A DNA stretch of 44,034 bases, filler included, from Catajapyx aquilonaris (Eukaryota), in assembly GCA_000934665.2 (NCBI GenBank). It is 2 parts of 2 records of this genome, joined end to end, with 100 filler letters (N's around TTAATTAATTAA, not from the genome) between each part and the next. Parts side by side here need not be neighbours in the genome. Positions count along the whole stretch, not along the records: positions 1 to 22,063 come from JYFJ02005960.1; 1 more part is not named here. One strand, given 5' to 3'. The notes under the pieces are model-generated. The model was not told where the DNA came from and did not search any database. It saw nothing but the letters and a program-made list of their open reading frames with translations. A program made the translations under genes and the position numbers. Below, piece after piece: positions 1 to 11,600 of this stretch. The number at the start of each line of letters is the position of its first letter. Within the stretch, counting starts at the first letter, position 1.

Positions 1-95
1 GGGAGTACTTCGAAAAAGACCATGTGCCCATTGATCCAGTTCAATAAATAGTGTGAGAAAAAAAATAAGTCTCAGTCTTTTTTGATCCGCCCTCG
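1..95 (+). mobile_element. 3' end of a mariner-type DNA transposon (transposase C-terminus plus right TIR)
   Basis: Bases 3-47 translate as EYFEKDHVPIDPVQ*, like the G-(D/E)-Y-(F/V)-E-K end of mariner transposases. Followed by AGTCTCAGTCTTTTTTGATCCGCCCTCG|TA (68-95; reverse complement TA|CGAGGGCGGATCAAAAAAG..., a mariner-like TIR) and TA at 96-97. Confidence 0.65.
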
Positions 96-3000
96 TATTT
101 GCAAATGTGTAGAGGTGACTCAATCTTGAATTTTGCGCCACTGCTGTCCTCGCTATATTACTCTTAGCGTCTGTCTAGCAGACGATCAAACATTTCAAAT
201 AATGAAGATTGCTCCACTTTTTTTCTGCCAGCCAGAGTTCACGTTTTAATATAAATGCACTTATTTTTTCATATGCGATGAAATTATTTTCCCTTGATTT
301 GACCCCTTGCAGAGAAGTGTTGAGCACATTCAGCTCCTCAAACATATCCGCAAAATGTGCCAGCTAACACAAAGTAATTTTTAATAATTGCATCTGCTAC
401 TTTCTTCAAATGTAAGTGCAGCTAGATTGGCGCCGGTAGCGTAGCGAGCTATAGGTATAGCGGGGCTTCCGCGGATATAGAGGAGAGCGTCAGGGCGAGC
501 GTCAGGGCGAGCGTTGATATAAATTTCTCTCGACGAACTATGGCCAAAAACCCTGAACGAACCTGAAATTAATATTACATGTAAATCTGATGTAGTTATT
601 AACAATTATTATAGTATCATGTGTATAGTTATCCACCATCCAAATTGCAAAGAGGTTAATTAATGGCAGTAATCTGATGTGGGAATGCGCGGCATGAACC
701 CGCAGCCGGCTTGTTCGCTACCTCGTAAAAGTAAATCTGATGCTGTCTTGAACCGTTAGACACAAAGTTGGTACAGCAGCAGCCACCGAGAGTGGGCCAA
801 CGTGACAGTGCAGTTTGCGAAACCACAACTGATGCTACATGTAGTGGCAATGTACAATTCAAGGGTCGGGACAGAAGGAGCAGGTGGATGCAAAAGGAGA
901 AAAAAAAAAGAAGGAAAAAAATCCTGTTCTCTCCCCCCCCCNCCCCCCCCCCCCCACCCACGAGCAATACAAGTGTGTGCGAGTGAAAGTGATTTCCAGC
1001 TTCTTTGGCTATGATGGTCCCGGGGTATTATATAAGAAGGATTATGGGAGCCCCTTTGAACCCTTTCCCCCAACCGATTCCCCCCACGAGAGAATTTTTT
1101 TACAGCCTGCTGTGACAGAGAATGGCTGGTTGGAAGATGGTGGGTGCAAAATGAGTCTCAAGTGCTTTCTCGTGAGTGAAAACCTGTCCTTTTATGTCCG
1201 TTCCTCGAACGACATATTGCGCATGTTTTGCGTCCATTTTCGTTCCGCGTGAGATATGTCTCCTGGAGCTTCGAAGCTTCGCTGATTTACTAACCAGCTG
1301 CAAGGTTTTGTGACGGGAAATTAACAAAACAGACTTTTGGCATACCAAGATTGATATTTTTTACACGCAATGCCTGCCCAACACTGAAAACCTGTTATGA
1401 CTGTTACAACACAAGACGTTTAACGCCATTTTTATGGTTCGACCCTCCCGAGATTCTTCAGAATGTACAAATTGCCAGACCCTTTGGACCTACTCAGCCC
1501 ACCAATATTAGCCTTATCCGCCGCGTTACTGCAATCAACCTAACCATAATCGTATTACTACTTCATCAAGACCCACGTCTAAACTGTGAATTTGGAACCT
1601 TTAATAAGGTCGGTTAATAACCCTTCCCTGCGATGATGTGCAGTAGGCTAATAAGCAATCGCAACATACCGCATGTCGCAAAACTTGGTCAGCTGCATTT
1701 TATAGAAACTTATTTACCGTATAAGTTACACCCGCTCTCCGTGAAGGTTTATGTGGGCGTGTTGTTGGTCGTTATTGTTGTTATTGTTAGGCTATCATTA
1801 TCCTAAAGTGAAGTTGTAAATTTAGGGCTGCACACTATCAGCAATAAGTTAGTGTAGACTGACCGACACGCGCCAGTGATGTTTATTTTTTCGTAGAAGC
1901 CACTATATAGTAACATGTCATATAGCAATTTCCAGAGGTGGTTTAATAGACCATTACATATATCAACATAATTGTATGCAGATATTGCCCTAATAATCAG
2001 CACGCAATATTCTCAAAGGACCTGAGCCGCTATATACAGCGGCAAAATCAGTTATTCATTTATTCACAATGATCACACTTTCTTGCGGTTGTGCTAATTC
2101 CCTGCAAGCAAATCGGCAATGCTGTTTGTAGCTAATTAACCGACATAATTTACTGCGGTATTATCATCGGGAATTTTCATCCTACGAGTTAGACCATTCT
2201 TACGAGCTCAGTGAAGGGTTAGGAAAACTTCCGGGTTGCGATCGATGCGAATATTGCAATATTGCATGCAATGCAATTATTGTACTACCTGATATTTAGA
2301 GTAACAATGTTGACTGAACCCGTATGTTGGCATAGCCTATACTACACAGTGACTATAACAATATACATCTGTGGATTTGGGGAATGTACCACCCAGAATG
2401 CATAGCCACAATACTTCGATTAGCCCGTAAATGAATCAACCTTAACTGGTAGGAAATATCAGGATGACATTCTGTCTTCCTGCAGAAAAATTTCCGCCAA
2501 TCTTCAGCTGCATAATAGTCACCCAAGTTCGAGGAAGACAATTTTTATTAACACTATCTTTTCCAGTTCACGTGTACAATCGGAGCAGCCTGGCTTCCCA
2601 TTCACAAAACATTTTATCAAGGCAAGCCCTTCCGGCCGTGGCGCATACAAAAAACATGATAAGACCTCTCTACATGTACGCAGGCCAACACTATATACAA
2701 TACACCCGCCCCCGCACATGCGTAACTTCATCTCTACAAATATCAACACACCGCTGCCTAGTCATAACACCATATAAAAAACTGAGCGTGTGTGCATATA
2801 TATTCGAACACATTGCAAGGTCGCTTCCTTCCAACTTGATGACGACATGTGTGGGCTTCTCTGCTCCGTAGGGGGTGGTCTTTTTGCGTCACGGATTTTC
2901 CTACAGTTGGGTGGTGCTTATATGTTCAGCAGTTGGGTCTGCTGGGTCGATAGCATATGACGTCACAGATCGATGTTTTGGGAGGGGACTGGGATGATGG

Positions 3001-4531
3001 GGGGGATCAAAGTGCCTGTGGTATGCCCGAAAGAAGCAAAGTATTGTTCTCACTCTCCATAATTTACTGTACCGCCTGAAGCATGCTGTATAACATGCTG
3101 GGCCTAACACAGGGTGACCCATAAATTCATTAGGAACACCCTGCACCCAATTAATCGAAGGTGCACACTTTCGACAATAATTCAGGAAATCGTATGGTTG
3201 CTGATGCAGCAGATTAAATCGCAGTTAATTTATATAACTTGGAATGGGAATTGGCACTGTACCGCACCCAGTATAATGAGTGATTATCCCTAAGCAATTA
3301 ATTTCTCTAAACCAGCCATCACGATATAAACCAAAATCTAAAAATGTGTCAAGTGGCGGAAAATACCGCCGGACATTCAACCTGTGACACTAGTTATAGT
3401 ATATAGACGGTGGTTTCCGTACCGGAAAATAAAGAAGTCTGCTGTACCTCCCAGACGAATCACTACCGGTATGCTGCTTCCGCCCCGATATAACTCCAGA
3501 GAATGGACGCTGATGAATGCGGCCGAGGAAGTGGTCGTCGAAATGGAAATTTCCCGGATAACTTCCCCAGCTCGGAATGGGATTTCTTACGCCGAAGAAG
3601 AAAGAAAGACGTATTCCGAGGAAGTGACTAATATCATGAACTAAATATAGACAAGGTCACGTATTAAACATAATACCTTCCCATATTTCTACAACAAAAT
3701 GATCTCGGAAGACAAAAATGGTCGCTAACAACGTTGCCTGATGTATATGCGTGCCCAAATATTCCCGCGCTCTAATCCGAATAATCAAAAGAAGTACCGG
3801 AGATTTTCTCCGGTAATCAATAACCGTGGGTATATTGCACCGACAAAGATAAGCTGGCAGTAAAAAAAATAATCGCTTTTCTGCAGGATTCAAAAGACGG
3901 GGATCTAAAACGGTCAACTTGAGAAACAGCTATAGACGCAAAACTGATCGTTCCATTAGGCCACTGCTTTAACGAGTCCTTGACCCAATTTCCACTTAAA
4001 TTTAGCACTATTTATACGCAATCTATACTCTTGTATTACACTTGACGGGACCTCCGCCTAATTTGTGCTAACGTGGCCCGCGATATGGTAGTAAGTTACT
4101 GTCGCCGAATCTCTAAGGTCAGATCCTTAAAAACTTATTGTATAGTGTATGTGCTGTACCATCAATACATAATTCTGCGAGGCCCGAACTATGAATCTGA
4201 CATAATAATTTCCAGCGCAATGTATTATTCGATCATTGATATTATTGTAATTTATGCGCAACATGACAATTTGGCCCCGTCATTGATGCCCCACACAAAT
4301 CAAAATATATATCACACGCACCCACAATGCGGCATTTTCACTTGAGAATGATGCTGCACAGCAAATTAATTGGGCTCGAATAATAATATTATCCGCATTC
4401 AAATGTCAAAAATCAGTACCGGCTTCCTATATCTGTACACTCGTTATCAAGCTATTATCAACATGTAGACCTATATCCTATACTATTGGAAAGTTCGTCT
4501 CAAATCAGAAGCAGTGTTGTTAGTACGAATT

Positions 4532-4757
4532 GAGGGGTCCCAGATCAAAAACAGCCAAGTCCCACACAAATACGTGCAGCAATTATGTATTTTAATTCCA
4601 TTGGGTATTAATTGCACATTTGGGTATGTAGTTGAACTTCGGCAACATGGACGTAAAAAAGTTTCAAGATTCTACCAGTGAAATTTAAAAGTAAGCATCA
4701 TTTTACGACCAACTTTTGCAAGTGAATTTGGCTGAATTTGATCTCATCAGACCCCTC
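4532..4757. mobile_element. Non-autonomous TIR element (MITE), possibly Sola-like
   Basis: Termini GAGGGGTC...GACCCCTC with AATT on both sides (4528-4531 and 4758-4761). Imperfect inverted similarity continues ~35 bp inward (AGATCAAAAACAGCCAA vs TTGGCTGAATTTGATCT). Confidence 0.55.
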
Positions 4758-5330
4758 AATTACTAATTAAGTCTGAAAACCCCACCAGATTATGCATTAT
4801 GCGATTATGAGACACAAAAAAACCCACCCAAGTAATCAAGGTTGGGGTTTTTTTTTTCATCTTGCACGATAAGGTGACAATAATGTAGCGACAACCCATA
4901 CGTCGCGACATGATTGTTGTCGCAAAAAATAATTCTACGAACAGTCCCCATTACCCGCTTTAAAAAAAAAAACGGGTCTGTGTGACACTTAATCGCCCGA
5001 GAATCTCGCACACTCTTCCCCATATACAATCCATCAACGTAAAAACCACCCCCCGCACTTTCTTGATCAATACAGTAGTTTCCGCACGGTATAATATTAC
5101 TATAATTAGCTTACATCACAAGGTCAAGTAACCTTCCCAGCTCACAAAATCGCTGCCACTTTTTTTTTTTGTCTTTATCTTTATTTCTTTTTTTTTGTGG
5201 TCGGTCGTAAGATGTGGATATGGCGAGAGAGAGAAGGGCTTTAGAGAAAGGGGTGTATGTAGGCAGGCAGAGCTCTTATCGCCCCCCCCTTCAGGAGTCG
5301 TCCCCCTACCACCCACCCAGAAGAAGTACA

Positions 5331-5535
5331 TGACGCCGCAGTGGTGACGCCGTGCCACGCCGCAACTATGACGCGAACCAATCGGATCTGGGCTCTGGAT
5401 CCAGCCTGCTTCTGATTGGGTGTGAGATCCGCTGCGCTGCAGTTGTGACGTTAGAATCGACGTCATAGTCGACGGGAGGCTCGCCGGGCGGGCTTTATAT
5501 CGGCGGGCTCTCGGGGCGGCGCGTGCAGTTCAGTT
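5331..5535 (+). promoter_or_regulatory. Hr38 distal promoter: CRE half-site cluster, CCAAT boxes, GC box, TATA-like element, Inr
   Basis: TGACG/CGTCA at 5331, 5345, 5369, 5446, 5461; CCAAT 5378; ATTGG 5415; GGGCGG 5486; TTTATAT 5494; GCAGTT/TCAGTT at 5525-5535. CpG-rich and ~130 nt upstream of ATG 5661. Confidence 0.75.
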
Positions 5536-5660
5536 CGCGAACGCCGATTCAGTGGACCAGGAAAAAAGAAAAGACGGGGTGTCCAGTTTCGGTGAATTGG
5601 GTGGTCCCGACCCAAGACACCCAAAAGGGACAGTTGCCCACAGAGGCCATCCACTTCTTC

Positions 5661-8600
5661 ATGCGCTGCTGGTGGGCCGACGGGGACTGTTCCCTCGACC
5701 TGGGTCCTCTGGCACTTAGTGGGGACGGGGAGCCAGCGCCTTCCTCAAGTCCGTCGTCGTCGTCCTCAGCATCCTCATCGTCAGCCAACACCTCTTGTGG
5801 ACTCTGCAGTGGTGCCGCACCATCCGAGCACGACTTTTGGGACCTGGCGCAGGAGCTGGCCCTTGACCCCGTCGCAGGTGGGTACTCCCTCCCGGAAGAG
5901 TGATTGTTGCCAGTAGTAGTCATTGTTAAAGTGTGCGGTGGGTGGGCGGGTGGATAGAGCGGACTAGTCAAGGCCGTCGGGGCATCTTCAACAGCGAAAG
6001 TTGTTGGGAAGAGGGTGAACCGGGTCGGAGGTCAAGGAAGGGAGGTAGCCACCGCGTGTGTTTTGTGTCTGCCAGTCAGTCAGTCGGTAGATGCTGGACC
6101 CCAAGGGGGTCATATGAGTTTCGCAAGGGGAGAAGGGGAATTCGCAGGTGGGAGAAAGGGAAGGTAGGTAAGAAGAGATGCGACCACGTGGGGTCATCCC
6201 GTGACTGTCCGACCCAGGCACTGTGCCCAAATCGCCCCCGTTTTCCACGTGAGGAGTCTAAATCCGACAACCGGCACGGGTCCAACCATCCCTGTTACCG
6301 TCATCAGACTATGTAATACCCCACGCGCCCCTGCCTGGCCAATAGGTGACTGCACTAGTGACACTAGTTGTCACCGCCGAGCTGAAAATCTTCAAACCCG
6401 CAGCCGGCACGCGCCAGCTTTAAACGCTGACGTCAAAGTGACGTCAAGGAACTGAAATCAATCCGTGGCGTCATTGCACGGATAGCAGCGTGGCTCCCCA
6501 AAGAGTGACGCGTGCACCCAATCGATTACATGGGGATGTGTGTGTATATATATAATGTTGGGTGTGTGTGTGAGGTGGTAAAGGATTCCCGGGCTGGGCG
6601 CCCAACTCTATGCCTTGCCATGTGATCCAGGCAAAAAGGGGTCACGAGGGAAGCGAAATTAGCTCGCAGCTTCCCATATACACACCATCCCTGCAGCACC
6701 TGACCACCGACACTGTCATATTTCGGGAAAAGTCTGGCTCGGGATTCAGTTTTCCGCACAATTAAGTATATTCAGTCTACAATGCAAATAGGGTGCACTC
6801 ACCTTTGACCGGAAGCAAATGAAACATTCAACTATATACACAATTTGTTAACCTTCAGACACAACCGTCCTATCAAGGAGATACTGTAAACGAATTAATT
6901 CGACTAAACCGGATGTTGCCCTGACCCGAGGTTAATTTTGTGGCGTAAACAAGGCGTGAAAATGTGCATCCTCCCTATAGTCAGTGACAATGCCTTGTTG
7001 TTAAAGTGAACGTGTGTGTATTGACATTGAGTGGCAGTACTACCAGTGCTTAGTGAAAGTTTTGAATCAAATTCCTGGCCAGATTCCTTGCTTTTATGGC
7101 TTTTTATCTGCTGAGGGCCAAGTTCATAATTCATTACGTAATTGTGCATGACACATGTAGACAGCATTGTTCGCTCTATATTATTATTTTTTTGTTTGGT
7201 TAATCCTGCAGCATCAACTTTTGAATAGAATTTCCCTTTCAGTCGATTCAATATTAATGAATAATTTGTATGTCACATTTCATTCAAATCAACAGACTTG
7301 TATGAAATATTTATCTTAAAACCATCCAAGTGGAGAACACACTCAACACAATGTCGACTTTGTATAGGGAGTAGTGTGCACATTAGTCGTTAAAATGCAA
7401 CAGGACTGTGTACCGCTCATGAATGCATTCATTCATGAAAACGTTCACTTGTTACAGCACAATTAATGGGGGCTAACTCCTTTCGCGCATATAGTAGCAT
7501 GCAAATTAGAGGTTTGCAAAAAGGCTGGTTCCATCTGGCGGCGGCGAATGAAAGCTGGGGTTTGGCAATTTTCCTGCAAAACTCGCCAGGTGGAGGCCAA
7601 TTTGAAAGGCCCGGCAGTAATCAATTCGTTTCGCCCAGGCTATAATGGCACTAAATGGTGTGTGAAATCAGCTTTGTAGTGTAGCCTGATGCATTTTAAC
7701 AGTGGCACGCTTTTATACACGGAGAAGCACCTCCCAAAGTGCAGGGCTTTAAAAAATAATAATTGGTTGATTTATAGCACCTACCGTATTTTCTTGGCCT
7801 ATCGCATAATTTCTTATTCTCTCAAGTGTACCTGGAATACACCTTTAGCTGTGTACAAAAGATGGGTTTAAAATTTATTATCCAAACTTCGCATTTACAG
7901 AATAAGGTCATTACGTCACACTGAGTAACGGGAGAGGAAATTCTATTACAGCATGTAATTGTGAAGTATTGCGGAATTGTAGCCGACATTTATTCCACAA
8001 AGTAGTCGTCAATGCTAGATTCGGGATTGGCTAGAATGTTATTTGCGCTAACTTACTTATGCAAATATTCATTAAATCATACCAAACAGCTCCAACTATT
8101 GCAGCATAATTCAGCTATATCCTGCTAGACTGACACTGTGTATGGTACTCTTCATGCAGCTGTTAATATTAATTAACATATTAAGTAAGTTAGTTTCATT
8201 TGGTTAATATGTCAGCTGAATTGCAATGTAAGATATCGACAGTAAGTAAATTAAATTTATTAAGGTGCTTGTAGCTTTGTAATTCGCAATGCACTCCTTG
8301 CTCATCATATGTCAGAGAGGTACTCTCTTATGTCGCAACTGATCTAATCAAATCCTTAGTGCAAATTATTGCCAATTACTTGGATTGTACCGGGCCGACT
8401 CAAAGTACAGATCCGCTTCGATGATAATTATCCCGAGCTGTGAATCAAAGCCTGTTTCGAGTGTCGCTTGATGCTTATTAAAATGATTATCCTCCTCGTG
8501 TTACACATCACTCAGCAGGCCACCGTATTAATCATCGGTCTGGAAACAGGAGCTGACGGAACCGTCATTTTTAGTGTCCCGTCTCAATCCATGGGACACA

Positions 8601-11600
8601 ATCCCAGGTGTCCCATAAGCAAAGCCTCAGTGAAGCTACACTTGCTCATCGGGGAAATCCGTCTCCTCCGTTCCGCCCACCTTGACGCAACAATAGGTCC
8701 CCAGGGGAGGGGCCCCTCCCAAAATGCCATTGTTGGGACCTGGTCCCCGATTGTTGGTGATGGGTCCTCGGGGACCGCCGCCGCCACCACCAAACATCTC
8801 ATTCCCTTTCCTCCACTTTGGCCCATCGGCTCATTGAGCAGCTCCTCGCCACAGACCATGAGCGCGGACAATGCGGGGCTCATCAGCCAGCCATGTTCTT
8901 CTTCAAATACCACCGCCTCTGGTTTTTCACAAGGGTGTTTTTTTTTCATATCCAGGTCCTCCTTTTATTTTACTTTTTTTTGGTGGGCGGGGGAGGGAAC
9001 GAGCCGTTTATATAAAACGAGCAGGTCGGAAAATGGCTAGTGTCATATTCGCTGGCACTTCGGCAGGAGTGATTGGCCATGTTGACGACATCCACATCAC
9101 AGGGCGGTGGGTACACTCTTCTGTATAACGGCTTGTTCTTGGTGGTTCAGCTGGGTTCAGTCCAACCGATACTCATTCAATATAACCGAACCCCCAAGAA
9201 TGAGCCAATTTTCAGTGTTCACATATCGTGGACCATTCAGTGAATTCAATTGTATCAGAGTGAGGTCAGGTTTCCATTATAAAAATGTAGGTGGTAAAAC
9301 CGACTAATCCGCATAATCTCACATAAATCCTCCAGTTTCCTACGGATAATCTTGCAGAATTTGTCCCCTAGGTTCATCCCCAGTTTTGATCCAGTCAGAT
9401 ACAAATTGGAGCATTAAAAAAAATGGGTTACCTGCAATATTCTATACTTCGTATCGTGCACGAGAAGTGACCCCGGTTTATCTGCACTGCATTGTAAGGA
9501 GAGTTTGCGCAACTTTGTCCGATAACAATCCCGCCATACCTCCTCAGAAAACGCGACAGGTGATGAATGCGGTGGTCAGGGTTTGAGTAGAATTCTCTGT
9601 CTATTATCTCACCTCCTCATAATCCCGATTAGATTCCTGGTACAACCAAGGACGCGACCTCCTCAGTTACACACCCCCCGCACGTTCAATTATTGCAATG
9701 TTCCTTACCTAGCCGCATGTCTCGTCAGCAGGTGTGACCTTCATTTGTGACCTGACTAAGATTTGTTGGTTGGCCTCTTTGCAGCCCCAGACGCCCAGAA
9801 AGACGTGGTCAGCAGCACTGACGTTGGCTTGAACCGCCCCGACGTCGGAAGCATGCTTCTTCTTCAGCTACAGGTCAGTGTTGCATCTGGAAAAGGGTCA
9901 CACACGCTAGAGATGGTGTCTTAGCCAATTATTTTAAATAGAAAAAATATGGCCACGACAAGCCTTAGCACGTGTTGGTGCACACAGAGATAGCAATGCG
10001 AATCAAAGGTCAATGCGCACGGCCCACACATATACCTGAAGGTCTGCAGGTATAGTTAACTGCAGATTAGGATTTTTTTGCATACTGTGGCGGTTTATGG
10101 CGTATGCAAATTAGGAGCTGGGGGTTCCTAAATGTCCGAATTAAAAATCCCCAGAGGTCGGAGGTGGCACGCCTAATTTTTAGAGGAGCTTTTTATCCTT
10201 CCTGTAAACCTAAGTCCATTTGAGTCGTTTGCTACTGCTCGAGCTACTCTTTTTTTTTTCTTCTTCCCATCTTGTTTGAAACAATCTTCTCACTTTTTCG
10301 GGTTTGTGGGAATCTGTCTCTCTTTCATTTATTTATATGTTCTATGTTTCGCTTTTGGTAGTGGTGACTATTTTTTTTCCAACCCTTTTTTACCATTAAC
10401 ATCTCTCCCAATGCCAAATGAGGGGCGTACCCTGTACCTACATGAATACTTCCCCGCTTGTGTATATCCGCAGGCTGCCTATTGTTAAGGCTCTGCGCCC
10501 CGGGCTAGCTGTCGTGCGTGCTATAGCCTATGGGTCGACACGGGGGCCGCGTCTTGCTGGCAATGTCTATGGGGAAGGAAGGGCCATCCTGGTGCCCTCC
10601 AGAGTTCACCTCGACGCCCTCTTCCTCTTCTTCCTCCAACAATGAGCCAAGAGTCGAGGAGGGCGAGAGAGTCGAAGCCACTTCCAATGATGATGATGAT
10701 GATGAGGAGGAGGAGGAGGATGTTGAAAATAAGCCGGTATGGGCCTCTCTGCCTCATGTGGATGCTTCTGACACCTCTTTACTTATATGCCTCTCTATAT
10801 CTACTCTCTCTATCCTTTGTTTGTTTGTTGGTTTGTTTTGAAATCTCACACCTCAGGCCTCACACATTCCCGGAAAAGAGTGGGGCCTCCTCCTGCCTTT
10901 GATTTCCTCCATGTCTTTCACTCATGTTTGCTTGCGTGACCCCCATGACCTCCCCTCATCCGCCTCTTGCTGCTGCTCCTGTTGACCTCTGGGGCTGTGA
11001 GATATTGGGATGCCATCATCTGATGTAACCCACAGAAAGAAAAAAAAAAGTATCCGCATGTGAGCATGTCGCCTGCCGTGATGGGTTCTTTACTGATGAT
11101 GGCACCCAATCTGATTGATGATGGATGCCCCCCCACTCCAAAATATTAAGGCACCGCCAATACGTTGTAGGGGAAAGCGTGTCGAGTGTTTGTTGTGCTT
11201 TGTGGCCACAATTTCTGTTCCTCTCACCAAATGCGGCAAAAAAAAAGTTGATGGCGTACGATTTTTTTAATTGTTGTGACTGTATAATATAATAGCTCGA
11301 TACCCAACTAACTATAGTTGAGCTGTTTAGGATCAATGACGTCACAGTGATGTCATCGACCCAGAACGGCTCCCATATTCCAGCAACACATTGACTTAGC
11401 GATGTGCAATCAGCATCATTACTGTGTTCATATTAGGCGACAGGTACTGAACGACTCATTTGATTGCAGAAGCTTTGGCTATGTACAGGCTGTTCCATCC
11501 AGTCCGACGGAAAGTAGGCTAAAGGGAATCGGAAGTTGTGCACCGACATCACAATGGTAACAGTAAATTTCAACAATTAAGCCAACATTTGAAGATGGGA

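Noticed and set aside
485..514. 12-bp tandem repeat GAGCGTCAGGGC x2.5
   Set aside because: Too short; an ordinary slippage repeat with no spacers, so not CRISPR-like.
8468..9040. 190-aa ORF in Hr38 intron 1 and its antisense ORF
   Set aside because: Non-ATG track start, no recognisable motifs, and it runs through T-tracts and a promoter-like region; better explained as GC-rich regulatory DNA.
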